64,000 bases of DNA from positions 291,461-355,460 of the forward strand of contig JAWLBL010000001.1 of assembly GCA_041687695.1 (NCBI GenBank), in the 5' to 3' direction. Both the position numbers and the translations under genes were made by a program. Positions 49,494 to 59,154 of this stretch are shown here, one piece after another; within the stretch, counting starts at the first letter, position 1, and every line of letters starts with the position of its first letter. The notes beneath the pieces are model-generated. The model was not told the DNA's origin and did not search any database. It saw nothing but the letters and a program-made list of their open reading frames with translations. Source of the DNA: Myxococcota bacterium. GTDB taxonomy: Bacteria; Myxococcota_A; UBA9042; PHBI01; JAWLBL01.

Positions 49494-50297
49494 ATGCTGA
49501 ACCCCCTGACGTCCCTTCTGCTCGGCGCCGCGCTGGCGGCGCCCGAGCCGGCCGCCGACCGCGAAAAGGCGCTCGACCAGGAGGCGGTGACCGCCGTGCG
49601 CGCTGCGCTCGAGCCCATCGCCGAGCGGCTCGAGCTGGCCGCGCGCGGTGACGCCGAGGCGAAGCAGGCGCTCGGACGCGAGGCGACCGACCCGCTGGCC
49701 GGCTCGCAGCTGGACGCCTGGGTCGCGGGCGCGCGGCAGGTCGAAGGGGCGGCGGACGTGAAGCTGGTCGGCTTCGAGGTGCAGGCGACGCTGTGGTTCG
49801 GCATCGTGCCGCTGCAGCAGGTCGAGCTGTACTACTGGCTGACCGACGACGGCGCCCGTGTGCTGCGGATGACGATGGGCGAGCGGCAGCTGCCCGTGTT
49901 CGGGGTCCCGGACGCGCGCTGGTCGGGCACGGCCGGCGAGGGCCTCGAGCGGCTGGTGTCGCAGGTGCTGGGCGCCGCCCGCGAGCGTCAGTGCGACACG
50001 CTGCCCGTGGTCACGACCGAGGACTATCAGGCGGCCCTGCCCGCGGGCGAGCGCGCCGCGAAGGCGACCATCAGCTATCTGGACCGCTTCAGGCGCGAAG
50101 TGCGCGGCACCTGCCAGGGGCTGGCCGGCGTGCCGTACAACCACGTGACCTGGCGCGTCACCGACATCGGCGGCGTCGTCAAGGCCGAGCAGGCCCAGGG
50201 CGCCTCGCGCAGCTTCCGGATGTTGGTGGAGCAGCGGCCCGACGGGGCCCTGGGGCTCGAGCGCATCAGCACGCCGGTGGCGCCCAAGGAGCGCTGA
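49494..50297 (+). CDS. Hypothetical exported protein
   Basis: Short hydrophobic N-terminus (LLLGAALA-A), typical codon usage and a Cys pair; no recognised family. Confidence 0.7.
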   Translation: MLNPLTSLLLGAALAAPEPAADREKALDQEAVTAVRAALEPIAERLELAARGDAEAKQALGREATDPLAGSQLDAWVAGARQVEGAADVKLVGFEVQATLWFGIVPLQQVELYYWLTDDGARVLRMTMGERQLPVFGVPDARWSGTAGEGLERLVSQVLGAARERQCDTLPVVTTEDYQAALPAGERAAKATISYLDRFRREVRGTCQGLAGVPYNHVTWRVTDIGGVVKAEQAQGASRSFRMLVEQRPDGALGLERISTPVAPKER

Positions 50298-50325
50298 ACC
50301 CGCCGCGGAGGCCGCGGCCTTTGTG

Positions 50326-50514
50326 GTCACCGGACGCCCTCGCCGTCGCGGTGACCGGACGCCGTCTGCCGTCGCGGTGACCGGACGCCGTCTGCCGTCG
50401 CGGTGACCGGACGCCGTCTGCCGTCGCGGTGACCGGACGCCGTCTGCCGTCGCGGTGACCGGATGCCGTCTGCCGTCGCGGTGACCGGACGCCCTCGCCG
50501 TCGCGGTGACCGGA
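50326..50514. repeat. Tandem repeat (VNTR): 7 full units of 25/26 bp plus a partial unit
   Basis: GTGACCGGACGCCGTCTGCCGTCGCG at 50351, 50377, 50403, 50429 and 50455; 25-bp variant (CCCTC) at 50326 and 50481; partial at 50506; no spacers. Confidence 0.95.
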
Positions 50515-50687
50515 GGCGTCAGGTCTGCGGGCGCGTCACCAAGGCGTTGATGGAGTGGGCCGAGGACCAGCGCCGGTCCCCGCCTCAGCGCACGGCGCGC
50601 GAGGAAGGGGACACGGAGCGCCGGGTGAGCGAGAGCCCCGACCCGGCGCGAGGGGCGCGCCGAGCCGAGCCGAGCAAGCGCCGCGCG

Positions 50688-53498
50688 CTACTCGAGGTCG
50701 CCGCCGACGACCAGGTAGCCCTCTTGCTTGGAGATGTCGAGCGCGCCGAGCTTGAGCACGGCGCCCTGCGGCAGCCCTGGGACCAGGGCGCCGAGGTCGA
50801 TCTCGGGTAGCTCGATGGGCCCGAAGGTCTGGCCGACGATGAAGCCGCCGAGGAGATCGCCCAGGCTGTTCTCGAGCAGGTCGCGCAGATCGATGAAGTC
50901 GATCTCGGTGAGGCTGAGGACCTCGACGTCCAGGTAGACGAGCTCGTCCACGGACACCGAGAGCCCGCCCGCGTCCGAGAGGAACGAGATGGACAGGGCG
51001 GCGTCGAGGAAGACCGTCGCCTGGATGGGGAAGCCGAGGATGTTGCCGTCGATCTCGGCGTAGAGGTCACCGATCTGGGCCTCGATGGCGTTGGCGTCGC
51101 TGCAGTCGTTGACGACCGGCGGAAGGAGCCACGACAGCTCGAGCTGCAGCCCGTCGATGGGCAGGCCGCCGCCGCCACCGCCCGTGAGGGCGCCGAGGTC
51201 GAGCGGGCCGTCGAGGAAGCTGGACCACCAGACTGCGAACACGGCGGCGTTGATGGCGTCGGTCTTGCCGGCGATGCCGACGGAGCGCGACCAGTCGTAC
51301 TCGAAGGTGTCGGACAGGCCCAGCAGGCAGCCGTCACGCTGGATGGCGCCGTGGGGGTCGCGTTCCACGCCCTTTTCGGCGTAGGCGCCCAGGCTCATCC
51401 CCAGCGTGCCGCCGTCGTCGGTGAACACCACGCTGGTGAGATCGGTGTAGATGTCCAGCAGGATGGGCTCGGGCTTGGGCCCGAGCAGCTGGGGCAGCTC
51501 GAACTGCGTGTCGAAGGCCAGCATGAGCAGCAGGCTCTCGAGGAGATCGTCGGCGAAGGTCTCGATGATGGGCTGGAGCAGATCGGTGAGCAGCGGCAGC
51601 AGCTGCTGGGTCAGGGGATCGAGCAGGCCCTTGGCGAGGTCCGAGAGGCTGACCAGGGCCGACAGATCGACCGGGAAGGTGTACTTGCCGAGCCCCAGCC
51701 AGCTGAAGGCGCTGAGGTCGGCCGTGACCAGCAGCTCGATGTCCTTGATCGGGTGGATCTCGAAGCCGACGAGATCGAGGTCGAAGGTCTTGAGGTCGAC
51801 GGCCAGCGTGCCGCCCGGGGGCATGTGGATGTCGATCTTGGTGAGGATCGAGATCTCTTCGGCGTCGGCGCCCGTCTCGAGGGTGGCGGTGGCGCTGGCG
51901 TCGACCTTGTTGGAGCCGAAGATGCTGCTCCAGCCGAGCTCGCCGACCAGGGCCGCCTGCACCTGCAGGGTCAGGTCGAGGCCGTTGGCGGTCCCGTCGC
52001 CGAAGGCGATGCTGGAGTCGATGCCGCCGGTCCGCGAGTCGATGGCGACGGTCGTGGGGCCGATGCCCGTCGGCTGCACGAGGGCCGCCGAGAGCTTGAT
52101 GTGACCCTTGAGCGTGGCCTGCACGACGAAGAGGTCGATGGTCTGGTTGATGATGGGGATGGTCTGGTCGAGGGCGATGCCCTGGGTGAGCTGGGTGATG
52201 TCGAGGTCACCGAGCAGGACCTCGAGCAGGGTCGCCAGATCGTTGATGTGGCTGTGGTCGTGGACGCCGTCGTCGAGGAACTTCTGGCCGAGCAGCAGCT
52301 GCACGCCGTCGTCCTGCTTGACGCCCTGGGCGCTCTGGTCGACGAAGCTGATGTAGGACTTGGAGTAGTGGTAGGTCGGCGTCAGCTTGGTGCGGTTGCC
52401 GCGGCTGTCCTCGGCGACGGCCACGATGACGTTGAGGCCCCAGACCGGCAGCATCGGGACCTTGAAGGTGCCGTCGGCGCCCAGGGTGATGACCTCGCCG
52501 TTGAGCTCGAACTTGGCGACGTCCGAGAAGGCGTCGGTCACCGTGCCGACCAGCTCGACCGGGCTGCCGTCGCCCTGGATGGTGACGCCGCGCTCGGGCC
52601 ATTTCAGGTTGATGACGGGGCCGCTCTCGTCGACCACGAGGGTCAGCGAGTCGTGGAGCAGCTCGTAGGGCGGGTCGAGCTGCACCTGGGTGACGAAGAC
52701 GCCTTCGTCGGTGAACTGGTACTTGTTGGTGGCCGCGTCGACGACGGTCATGCCGGCGGAGGGGACGGTCAGCGTGCCGGGCAGGCCAGTGATCTCGTTG
52801 CCGTAGACGTCGCGGACGACCCAGTACAGGGTCACCTGGTCCAACACCGAGTAGCCGAGCTTGGCGGGCTTGGCGAGCAGCTCGACCTCGGCGGGATCGC
52901 CGGCGGTGACCTCGAGGGTCGCCGGGACCACCTCGACCTCCGCGCCGGTCACGGAGCAGGCGACCTCGTAGCTCCCGATCACCTCGGACTTGACCGTGTG
53001 GCCGGACACGAGCAGCGCGTCCGGGCCCGAGACGGTCGTCGCGGCCTCGACCGGGTTGCCCCACGCGTCCTCGACCGCGCAGGTGACCCCGGTGGCCTCG
53101 AAGACCTGCACCGTGGGCTTGTCGAGCACGGTCGTGACCTTCACGGGCGCGCCCGCCGTGACCGTCAGGGTGGCGCCGGTCGCGTCCTCGAGGGCGAAGT
53201 ACGGCGACGCGCAGTGCACCTGGTAGGTGCCGGCCACCGTGGGCGACAGCGCCTCGTCCTTGGCCGTCCAGCCGGCGTCGGGTTCCACGCGCCAGGTCGT
53301 CTCACCCTCGACGGTCTCGCCACGTTCATTCAGGATGGTGCACGACACCGACGCCGTCTCGCCCGCCGCGACCGTCGCCGGCGTCACCGCCGTGACCACG
53401 CGATCGGCCACGCGCCCCTCGACCCGCGACCCGCTACAGGCCCCCAGCATCCCGCTCGCGACGGCGAGCGCCGCCCCCATCCCCACGAACGCCTTCAT
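50688..53498 (-). CDS. Large lipoprotein: Ig-like repeats plus a hydrophobic C-terminal region (possibly BPI/LBP/TULIP-like)
   Basis: MKAFVGMGAALAVASGMLGA-C lipobox; repeated C.V.D.WGNP / GxYxVxC Ig units; C-terminal AINAAVFAVWWS...LPPVV...AQIGDL pattern. Confidence 0.8.
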   Translation of the reverse strand: MKAFVGMGAALAVASGMLGACSGSRVEGRVADRVVTAVTPATVAAGETASVSCTILNERGETVEGETTWRVEPDAGWTAKDEALSPTVAGTYQVHCASPYFALEDATGATLTVTAGAPVKVTTVLDKPTVQVFEATGVTCAVEDAWGNPVEAATTVSGPDALLVSGHTVKSEVIGSYEVACSVTGAEVEVVPATLEVTAGDPAEVELLAKPAKLGYSVLDQVTLYWVVRDVYGNEITGLPGTLTVPSAGMTVVDAATNKYQFTDEGVFVTQVQLDPPYELLHDSLTLVVDESGPVINLKWPERGVTIQGDGSPVELVGTVTDAFSDVAKFELNGEVITLGADGTFKVPMLPVWGLNVIVAVAEDSRGNRTKLTPTYHYSKSYISFVDQSAQGVKQDDGVQLLLGQKFLDDGVHDHSHINDLATLLEVLLGDLDITQLTQGIALDQTIPIINQTIDLFVVQATLKGHIKLSAALVQPTGIGPTTVAIDSRTGGIDSSIAFGDGTANGLDLTLQVQAALVGELGWSSIFGSNKVDASATATLETGADAEEISILTKIDIHMPPGGTLAVDLKTFDLDLVGFEIHPIKDIELLVTADLSAFSWLGLGKYTFPVDLSALVSLSDLAKGLLDPLTQQLLPLLTDLLQPIIETFADDLLESLLLMLAFDTQFELPQLLGPKPEPILLDIYTDLTSVVFTDDGGTLGMSLGAYAEKGVERDPHGAIQRDGCLLGLSDTFEYDWSRSVGIAGKTDAINAAVFAVWWSSFLDGPLDLGALTGGGGGGLPIDGLQLELSWLLPPVVNDCSDANAIEAQIGDLYAEIDGNILGFPIQATVFLDAALSISFLSDAGGLSVSVDELVYLDVEVLSLTEIDFIDLRDLLENSLGDLLGGFIVGQTFGPIELPEIDLGALVPGLPQGAVLKLGALDISKQEGYLVVGGDLE

Positions 53499-53685
53499 TG
53501 CACGCCCCCTACGGCCCTTGGGCCGGCTCTCTCGGTGGCGCGCAGCGTAGCACAAATGAGCCGTGGGAATGCACGGCGTCCGCCATGCGTCGTGCTTGGT
53601 TTCCGCTCCGCGCCTCGCTCGCCGCGCCCTCCGCCCGCCCTGCCCCCTTGTCACCCCGGCCCTCCGTCCCCATAGTGCGGCGCCC

Positions 53686-55734
53686 ATGTCACGGAACGCC
53701 TCGAACAAGCCGGCCGCCGTCGCCGAGGAGGAGCGCCTCCTCGAGACGGTCCTGACCAACCTCCGACGCCTGCGCAGCGGCCCCATGGTGGCCGACCACG
53801 CGGCCGAGCTGATGCGCCTGCGCGACAGCCTCAGCGAGGAGAAGCTCCCCGAGGACATCGCCAGCATCATGGAGGCGATGGACCGCACGGCCGCGTTGAT
53901 GAGCCAGCAGGCCCAGGAGACGGGCGGCCACGTCGACCTCGACAGCCCCTACTTCGGCCACCTGGTCGTCGACGACACGCTGGGCAAGCGCTCGATCCTC
54001 ATCGGCAAGAGCACCTTCATCAGCGACCGCGTCCGCATCGTCGACTGGCGCAACGCGCCCATCAGCCGCATCTTCTACCAGTACGCCGAGGGCGACGAGT
54101 ACGACGAGGAGATCGCCGACCGCGACGTCTCGGGTTCGGTCCTGTTGCGGCGCACGCTGTCCATCTCTGAGGGGCGGCTCGAGCGCGTCACCGACGACGA
54201 GCACACCTGGGTCCGCCACGAGGACGACGCCTGGGAGGACCTGCGCGGACACGAGGCGCGCCTGTCGGGCGGCGCCGGAGCCGCCATCCGCCCGTCCAGC
54301 CTGGGCTCGCACGGGACGTTCAGGCGCGACAAGCACCTGCCCGAGATCACGAGCCTGCTCGACCCGCGGCAGTTCAAGCTCATCACCGGGCGCGACAGCG
54401 GAGTCGTCGTGATCCAGGGCAGCGCCGGCAGCGGCAAGACCACGGTCGGGCTGCATCGCATCGCCTACCTGGCCTTCGCGGCGCCGGGCGACTACCGCCC
54501 CGACCACATGGTGGTCATCGTCTTCTCTCGCGGGCTGGCGGCCTACATCGGCAAGGTCCTGCCGGCGCTGGGCGTCGAGGGCGTCGAGGTCCTCGAGTAC
54601 GAGCCCTGGGCGCGCGCGCTGCGCCTGAACCACTTCAAGGGGACGCCCGAGGCCTACAACGACGACACGCCGGCCCTCGTGACGCGCTTCAAGACCCACA
54701 CGGCCATGCTGCGGATGGTCGACGAGATCGGACGGCGCAACCGCGGCGGCAACCCGCTGGCCCTGTTCGAGGACATGCTGACCGATCGCCCGTGGATCGT
54801 CGAAGGCCTCGAGCGCTGGGCGCCGGGCGAGTTCAGCGACGCCGAGATCACCAAGATCCACCGCTGGTGCACCAACCAGCACTTCGTCCGGGCCGAGGGC
54901 GGCGGCGCGCTCGAGCACGAAAAGCCCGCCTTCGACCGCGAGGACGACACCATCCTCTTGCGGCTGCACCAGATCATGCGAGGCCCCCTGCGGGCCGGCA
55001 AGCGGCAGCTGCACTACGACCACATCATGGTCGACGAGGCGCAGGATCTGTCGCCCATCGAGCTGGCGGTCGTCATGCACACCGCCGGCAGGCGCCAGTC
55101 GGTCACCCTGGCCGGCGACGTCGCCCAGAAGATCGCCGAGTACCGCGACTTCCAGAACTGGACCCAGGTCCTCGGCGCGCTCGGGCTCGAGCACGTCGAC
55201 ATCTCGCCGCTGCAGGTCAGCTACCGCTCGACCCGGCAGATCATGGAGGTCGCGCGCGACATCCTCGGCCCGCTGGCACCCAGCGAGCGCGTGGCCACCA
55301 CCCGCGAGGGCGCGCCCGTCGGCCACCTGCGGTTCGGCAGCGACGGCGAGGCCGTGGCCTGGCTGGCGCCCGCGTTGGCCGATCTGCTGCGCCGCGAGCC
55401 GACCGCGAACGTCGCCCTGCTGACGGCCACCATGCCCGAGGCGATCGCCTGGTGGCAGGCGCTCGACCGCGCCGAGGTCCCTCGCCTGCGCCTGGTCGAC
55501 GACCAGGACTTCGCCTTCGCCCCTGGCATCGAGGTCACCGACATCCGCTCGTCCAAGGGCCTCGAGTTCGACTACGTCGTCGTCCTCGGCGCCGACGCCG
55601 AGGCCTTCCCCACGACCGACGCCGCCCGCCACCTGCTGCACGTGGGCGCCACGCGCGCCGCCCATCAGCTGTGGCTCGTCTCCACCAGCCGCCCCTCCCC
55701 CCTCATCCCGACGGGGCTGCCCGGCCTTCTCTGA
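53686..55734 (+). CDS. HelD-like SF1 ATPase/helicase
   Basis: SPYFGHL, IVDWRNAPISRIFY, QGSAGSGKTTVGLHRIAYL, DEAQD, GDVAQ, SYRST, KGLEFD, ATRA. Confidence 0.85.
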   Translation: MSRNASNKPAAVAEEERLLETVLTNLRRLRSGPMVADHAAELMRLRDSLSEEKLPEDIASIMEAMDRTAALMSQQAQETGGHVDLDSPYFGHLVVDDTLGKRSILIGKSTFISDRVRIVDWRNAPISRIFYQYAEGDEYDEEIADRDVSGSVLLRRTLSISEGRLERVTDDEHTWVRHEDDAWEDLRGHEARLSGGAGAAIRPSSLGSHGTFRRDKHLPEITSLLDPRQFKLITGRDSGVVVIQGSAGSGKTTVGLHRIAYLAFAAPGDYRPDHMVVIVFSRGLAAYIGKVLPALGVEGVEVLEYEPWARALRLNHFKGTPEAYNDDTPALVTRFKTHTAMLRMVDEIGRRNRGGNPLALFEDMLTDRPWIVEGLERWAPGEFSDAEITKIHRWCTNQHFVRAEGGGALEHEKPAFDREDDTILLRLHQIMRGPLRAGKRQLHYDHIMVDEAQDLSPIELAVVMHTAGRRQSVTLAGDVAQKIAEYRDFQNWTQVLGALGLEHVDISPLQVSYRSTRQIMEVARDILGPLAPSERVATTREGAPVGHLRFGSDGEAVAWLAPALADLLRREPTANVALLTATMPEAIAWWQALDRAEVPRLRLVDDQDFAFAPGIEVTDIRSSKGLEFDYVVVLGADAEAFPTTDAARHLLHVGATRAAHQLWLVSTSRPSPLIPTGLPGLL

Positions 55735-55741
55735 GGCCCCG

Positions 55742-58315
55742 ATGACCGACCAGTCCAACACGCCGCCCGAGCCCCCGTCCGACCGGGCGACCGACGCGCG
55801 ACACCTGCCCGTCTATCGCCACGAGGCCGAGATCATCGCGGCCGTCCGCGACCACCGCGTCGTGGTCGTCGAGGGCCCGACCGGCTCGGGGAAGACGACG
55901 CAGATCCCCCGGATCCTGCTTCACGCCGGCCTCACCGACCGGATCATCGGCGTGACGCAGCCGCGCCGCATCGCCGCCGTGTCGGTCGCCTGGCGCATCG
56001 CCGCCGAGCTGGGCTTCGAGCTCGGCGACGAGGTCGGCTACGCCATCCGCTTCGACGACCGGACCAGCCGCGACACGGTCATCAAGGTCATGACCGACGG
56101 CATCCTGCTCCAGGAGGCCCGCTCGGACGCCGACTTCAGCGCCTACGGCGTGCTGATGATCGACGAGGCCCACGAGCGCACGCTGAACATCGACTTCACC
56201 CTGGGGCTGCTGCACCGGGTCCTCACGCGCCGTCCGGAGCTGCGGGTCATCGTCAGCTCGGCGACCCTGCAGCCCGAGCACTTCCAGCGCTTCTTCGGAT
56301 CCATCCCCGGGGTCCACGACGTGCCACTGGTCCGCATCGACGCGCGGCCCTGGCCCGTCGAGACGTTCTATCGCCCGCCCGGCTCGGACGACCCGGCCGA
56401 CATCGCCGAGGCCGCCGCCCGCGAGGTCGTGGCCATCCATCGCCGCGGCGACCCCGGGCACATCCTGGTCTTCCTCAGCGGCGAGGACATGATCGGCCGC
56501 ACCCACGACGCCATCGTGCGGCTGCAGCCCGGCCGCAACCTGGCCGTCCTGCCGCTGTACGGGCGCCTGACGCGCGAGGAGCAAGAGCGCGTCTTCGACC
56601 CGTTCCCCGGGCAGCGCAAGGTCGTCCTGGCGACGAACATCGCCGAGACCTCGATCACCATCCCCGACACCCGCTTCGTCGTCGACAGCGGCCTGGCCAA
56701 GGTCCCGCGCGTCAGCACCAACACCGGCATCACGACCCTGCGCGAGGAGGGCATCAGCCAGGCCTCGGCCGACCAGCGCGCCGGACGCGCCGGCCGCACC
56801 GCCCCGGGCACGGCCATCCGCCTGTACGATCGCAAGAGCTACGAGCAGCGTCCGCGCTTCACCGACGAGGAGATCCTGCGCCTGGATCTGACCGAGGTCG
56901 CCCTGCGCCTCATCGATCTGGGCATCCACGACGTCGAGGACTTCCCGTTCCCGACCGCCCCGCCCCGCTCGAAGATCCGCGCGGCCATCGCCTCGCTCCA
57001 CGCGATGCGCGCCATCGACGACGACCGGCAGCTGACCGCCATCGGCCGGCGCATGGTGCCGTTCCCCCTGTCACCCTCGCTGGCCCGCGTCATCGTCGAG
57101 GCCGCCGAGCGCTTCCCCGACGTGGTCGACGAGGTCCTGGTCGTCTGCGCGTTCCTCAGCGCGCGCCCGCCCTACCTGTACCCGCAGGGCGAGGAGGGCG
57201 AGGCCCGCGAGGCGCAGCGCGAGCTGGCCCACCCGCTGGGCGACGCCGCGACGGCCGTGCAGACCTACCGGAACTGGCGGCGGGCCAAGGACCGGGACCG
57301 GTTCTGCCAGAGGTACTATCTGGACGGGCAGACCATGGCCTTCATCGAGAAGGCCCACGGTCAGCTCACGGACATCGCGCAGGCCCACGGCATCACCATC
57401 CGCAGCGGCGGCGATCCGTGGGAGATCAACCGCTGCGTGGCCGCCGGGTTCGCCGACAACTTCCTGCTCGGGCAGGGGCGCATCTACGAGGGGCCGGGCG
57501 AGACCAGCATCGCCATCCACCCCTCGAGCGTGCTCTTCGGCGAGCGACATCGCTTCGTGGTCGCCGCCGAGATCGTGGTGTCGCAGCGCGCCTATGCCCG
57601 GCAGGTCTCGGTGGTCAAGCCGGGCTGGATCGCCGAGCTCAACCCCGAGCTGGCGCGTCGCTGGCAGATCCGCACCCGGCGCGACGAGGACAAGCGCGGC
57701 GCGCCGCCGCCCGAGGTGGTGCCCGACAAGCTGCAGCTCGACGGCGTGGCCGTCCCGGTCGCCGTCAAGCGCGGCAAGCCGCTGGTCGAGCTGGCCCTCG
57801 AGCAGATCGAGCGCCTGCGAAAGGTGGGCCCGGCCGCGGTCCCGCCGAACGCGGCCGGCTGGCGCGCCCGCCTGGCATCGGCCAAGCACGGCGAGCTGAT
57901 GAGCGGCCCGCTCGCCGCCGTCCTGGCGCTGCTGCCGCACGTCCCGCTGCCCGCGCCCGACCAGGAGCTGCTCCGCGACGTGCCCGAAGGCGCGCTGCTC
58001 GAGGCCGACCGGAACCTGCACACGATCCTGCGCTACCTGGACCGCCTGCTCGAGCCGATGCTGCCGGCGCGCGGCAAGCGCCCCGGCTGGCTGATGCTGG
58101 TGGCCAACGGCGGCGGCGGCTACTGGTTCGAGGTCTACCCCGACTACAAGGACGCCCTCGAGACGACCCTGGTCAGCCTGGGCGACCTGATGCAGACCCT
58201 GCCTCCGGCCGACCCCGTGCAGGAGCGCCTCGAGGCGCTGTCCATCGCGCTGGACGAAAAGGTCGACGCCGTGCGCGAGGCGCTGGCCAACGCCAAGCGG
58301 CGCCCGAACGCCTGA
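55742..58315 (+). CDS. hrpA: DEAH-box ATP-dependent RNA helicase, HrpA-like
   Basis: GPTGSGKTTQ, TQPRRIAA, MTDGILL, DEAHER, SAT, ATNIAETSITI, QRAGRAGR, HPSS; 7 bp after the HelD-like gene. Confidence 0.88.
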   Translation: MTDQSNTPPEPPSDRATDARHLPVYRHEAEIIAAVRDHRVVVVEGPTGSGKTTQIPRILLHAGLTDRIIGVTQPRRIAAVSVAWRIAAELGFELGDEVGYAIRFDDRTSRDTVIKVMTDGILLQEARSDADFSAYGVLMIDEAHERTLNIDFTLGLLHRVLTRRPELRVIVSSATLQPEHFQRFFGSIPGVHDVPLVRIDARPWPVETFYRPPGSDDPADIAEAAAREVVAIHRRGDPGHILVFLSGEDMIGRTHDAIVRLQPGRNLAVLPLYGRLTREEQERVFDPFPGQRKVVLATNIAETSITIPDTRFVVDSGLAKVPRVSTNTGITTLREEGISQASADQRAGRAGRTAPGTAIRLYDRKSYEQRPRFTDEEILRLDLTEVALRLIDLGIHDVEDFPFPTAPPRSKIRAAIASLHAMRAIDDDRQLTAIGRRMVPFPLSPSLARVIVEAAERFPDVVDEVLVVCAFLSARPPYLYPQGEEGEAREAQRELAHPLGDAATAVQTYRNWRRAKDRDRFCQRYYLDGQTMAFIEKAHGQLTDIAQAHGITIRSGGDPWEINRCVAAGFADNFLLGQGRIYEGPGETSIAIHPSSVLFGERHRFVVAAEIVVSQRAYARQVSVVKPGWIAELNPELARRWQIRTRRDEDKRGAPPPEVVPDKLQLDGVAVPVAVKRGKPLVELALEQIERLRKVGPAAVPPNAAGWRARLASAKHGELMSGPLAAVLALLPHVPLPAPDQELLRDVPEGALLEADRNLHTILRYLDRLLEPMLPARGKRPGWLMLVANGGGGYWFEVYPDYKDALETTLVSLGDLMQTLPPADPVQERLEALSIALDEKVDAVREALANAKRRPNA

Positions 58316-58335
58316 CGCCGGGGTTCGAAACGAAC

Positions 58336-58369
58336 GAGGCCGGGAGAGCGTGGCGCTCGTCCCGGCCTC
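58336..58369. terminator. Hairpin between convergent genes (probable bidirectional terminator)
   Basis: GAGGCCGGGA-GAGCG-tgg-CGCTC-g-TCCCGGCCTC with short T-containing tails on both strands. Confidence 0.65.
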
Positions 58370-58390
58370 ATTGTCGCTCTAACGAGCGGC

Positions 58391-59092
58391 CTACTCTTCG
58401 TGCTCGTGCGGCTCGTCGTCGTCCGAGTACATCGACGCATCGAAGTACAGGATGAGCGGCAGCTTCTGCGCCGAGGCGCGCTTGACGGCGGCCCGCAGGA
58501 CGGCCCAGGCGTACTTGGGCGCCGCCAGCGGATCCTCGTCGGAGTCGAAGACCACGTCGTCGGGCAGCTCGTCGATGTCGCCCTGCAGCTTCAGGTGCTC
58601 GTTGAGGGCGTCGAGCTCGGCGCCGAGGCGGGTGACGGAGCCGACGGCCAGCTCCTCCATCTCCTCCTCCTCCTCGTCGGCCTCGTCCTCGTCCTCGGGG
58701 CCCATGAAGTACACACCCGGGAGATCGACCGGCGCGAAGACGGCGACGTCGGCGTCCGAGTGGACCAGCTGCGGGAACTTCTTGGAGCCCTCCTCCTCGT
58801 CGAGCGCGCCGAACACGTCGTGCTCCCACGGGGTCTCGCCCAGCTCGAAGCCCTGCAGATCCCCGTGCACGTCGACCCACGCGGCCAGCGCGCGCAGGGC
58901 GTGGACGCAGAAGGGATCGAGGGTGTCGGACTCGTAGGTCTCCTGAGTCCCCTGCTCGGACCACTTCACGGGCGAGCCGACCTGCTCGGAGAGCGCGCCC
59001 TGGAGGGCCTCGAGCGCTTCCTGCAGCTCCTGGGGGTCCTCGGCGCCGAGATCCCAGAATTCCGTGAGGGGCATCACGACGAGTTCGTACAT
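58391..59092 (-). CDS. Highly acidic hypothetical protein (233 aa)
   Basis: MYELVVMPLTEFWDL...FPQLVHSDADVAVFAPVD...LAVGSVTRL; AGGA RBS; E/D-rich. Confidence 0.8.
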   Translation of the reverse strand: MYELVVMPLTEFWDLGAEDPQELQEALEALQGALSEQVGSPVKWSEQGTQETYESDTLDPFCVHALRALAAWVDVHGDLQGFELGETPWEHDVFGALDEEEGSKKFPQLVHSDADVAVFAPVDLPGVYFMGPEDEDEADEEEEEMEELAVGSVTRLGAELDALNEHLKLQGDIDELPDDVVFDSDEDPLAAPKYAWAVLRAAVKRASAQKLPLILYFDASMYSDDDEPHEHEE

Positions 59093-59154
59093 GGTCGTAT
59101 CCTGACGAGGGTGTGGCTGAGGCGCCGGGGTGGGTTTGGCTCGACGCGGCGCGA

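Noticed and set aside
50326..50514. Possible CRISPR array
   Set aside because: The units are directly adjacent with no unique spacers, and there are no cas genes in the window.
53570..53585. Weak sigma54-like motif on the minus strand (TGGCGGACGCCGTGCA) upstream of the 50688-53498 gene
   Set aside because: GG/GC spacing is correct but there are several mismatches; such a match is likely by chance in GC-rich DNA.
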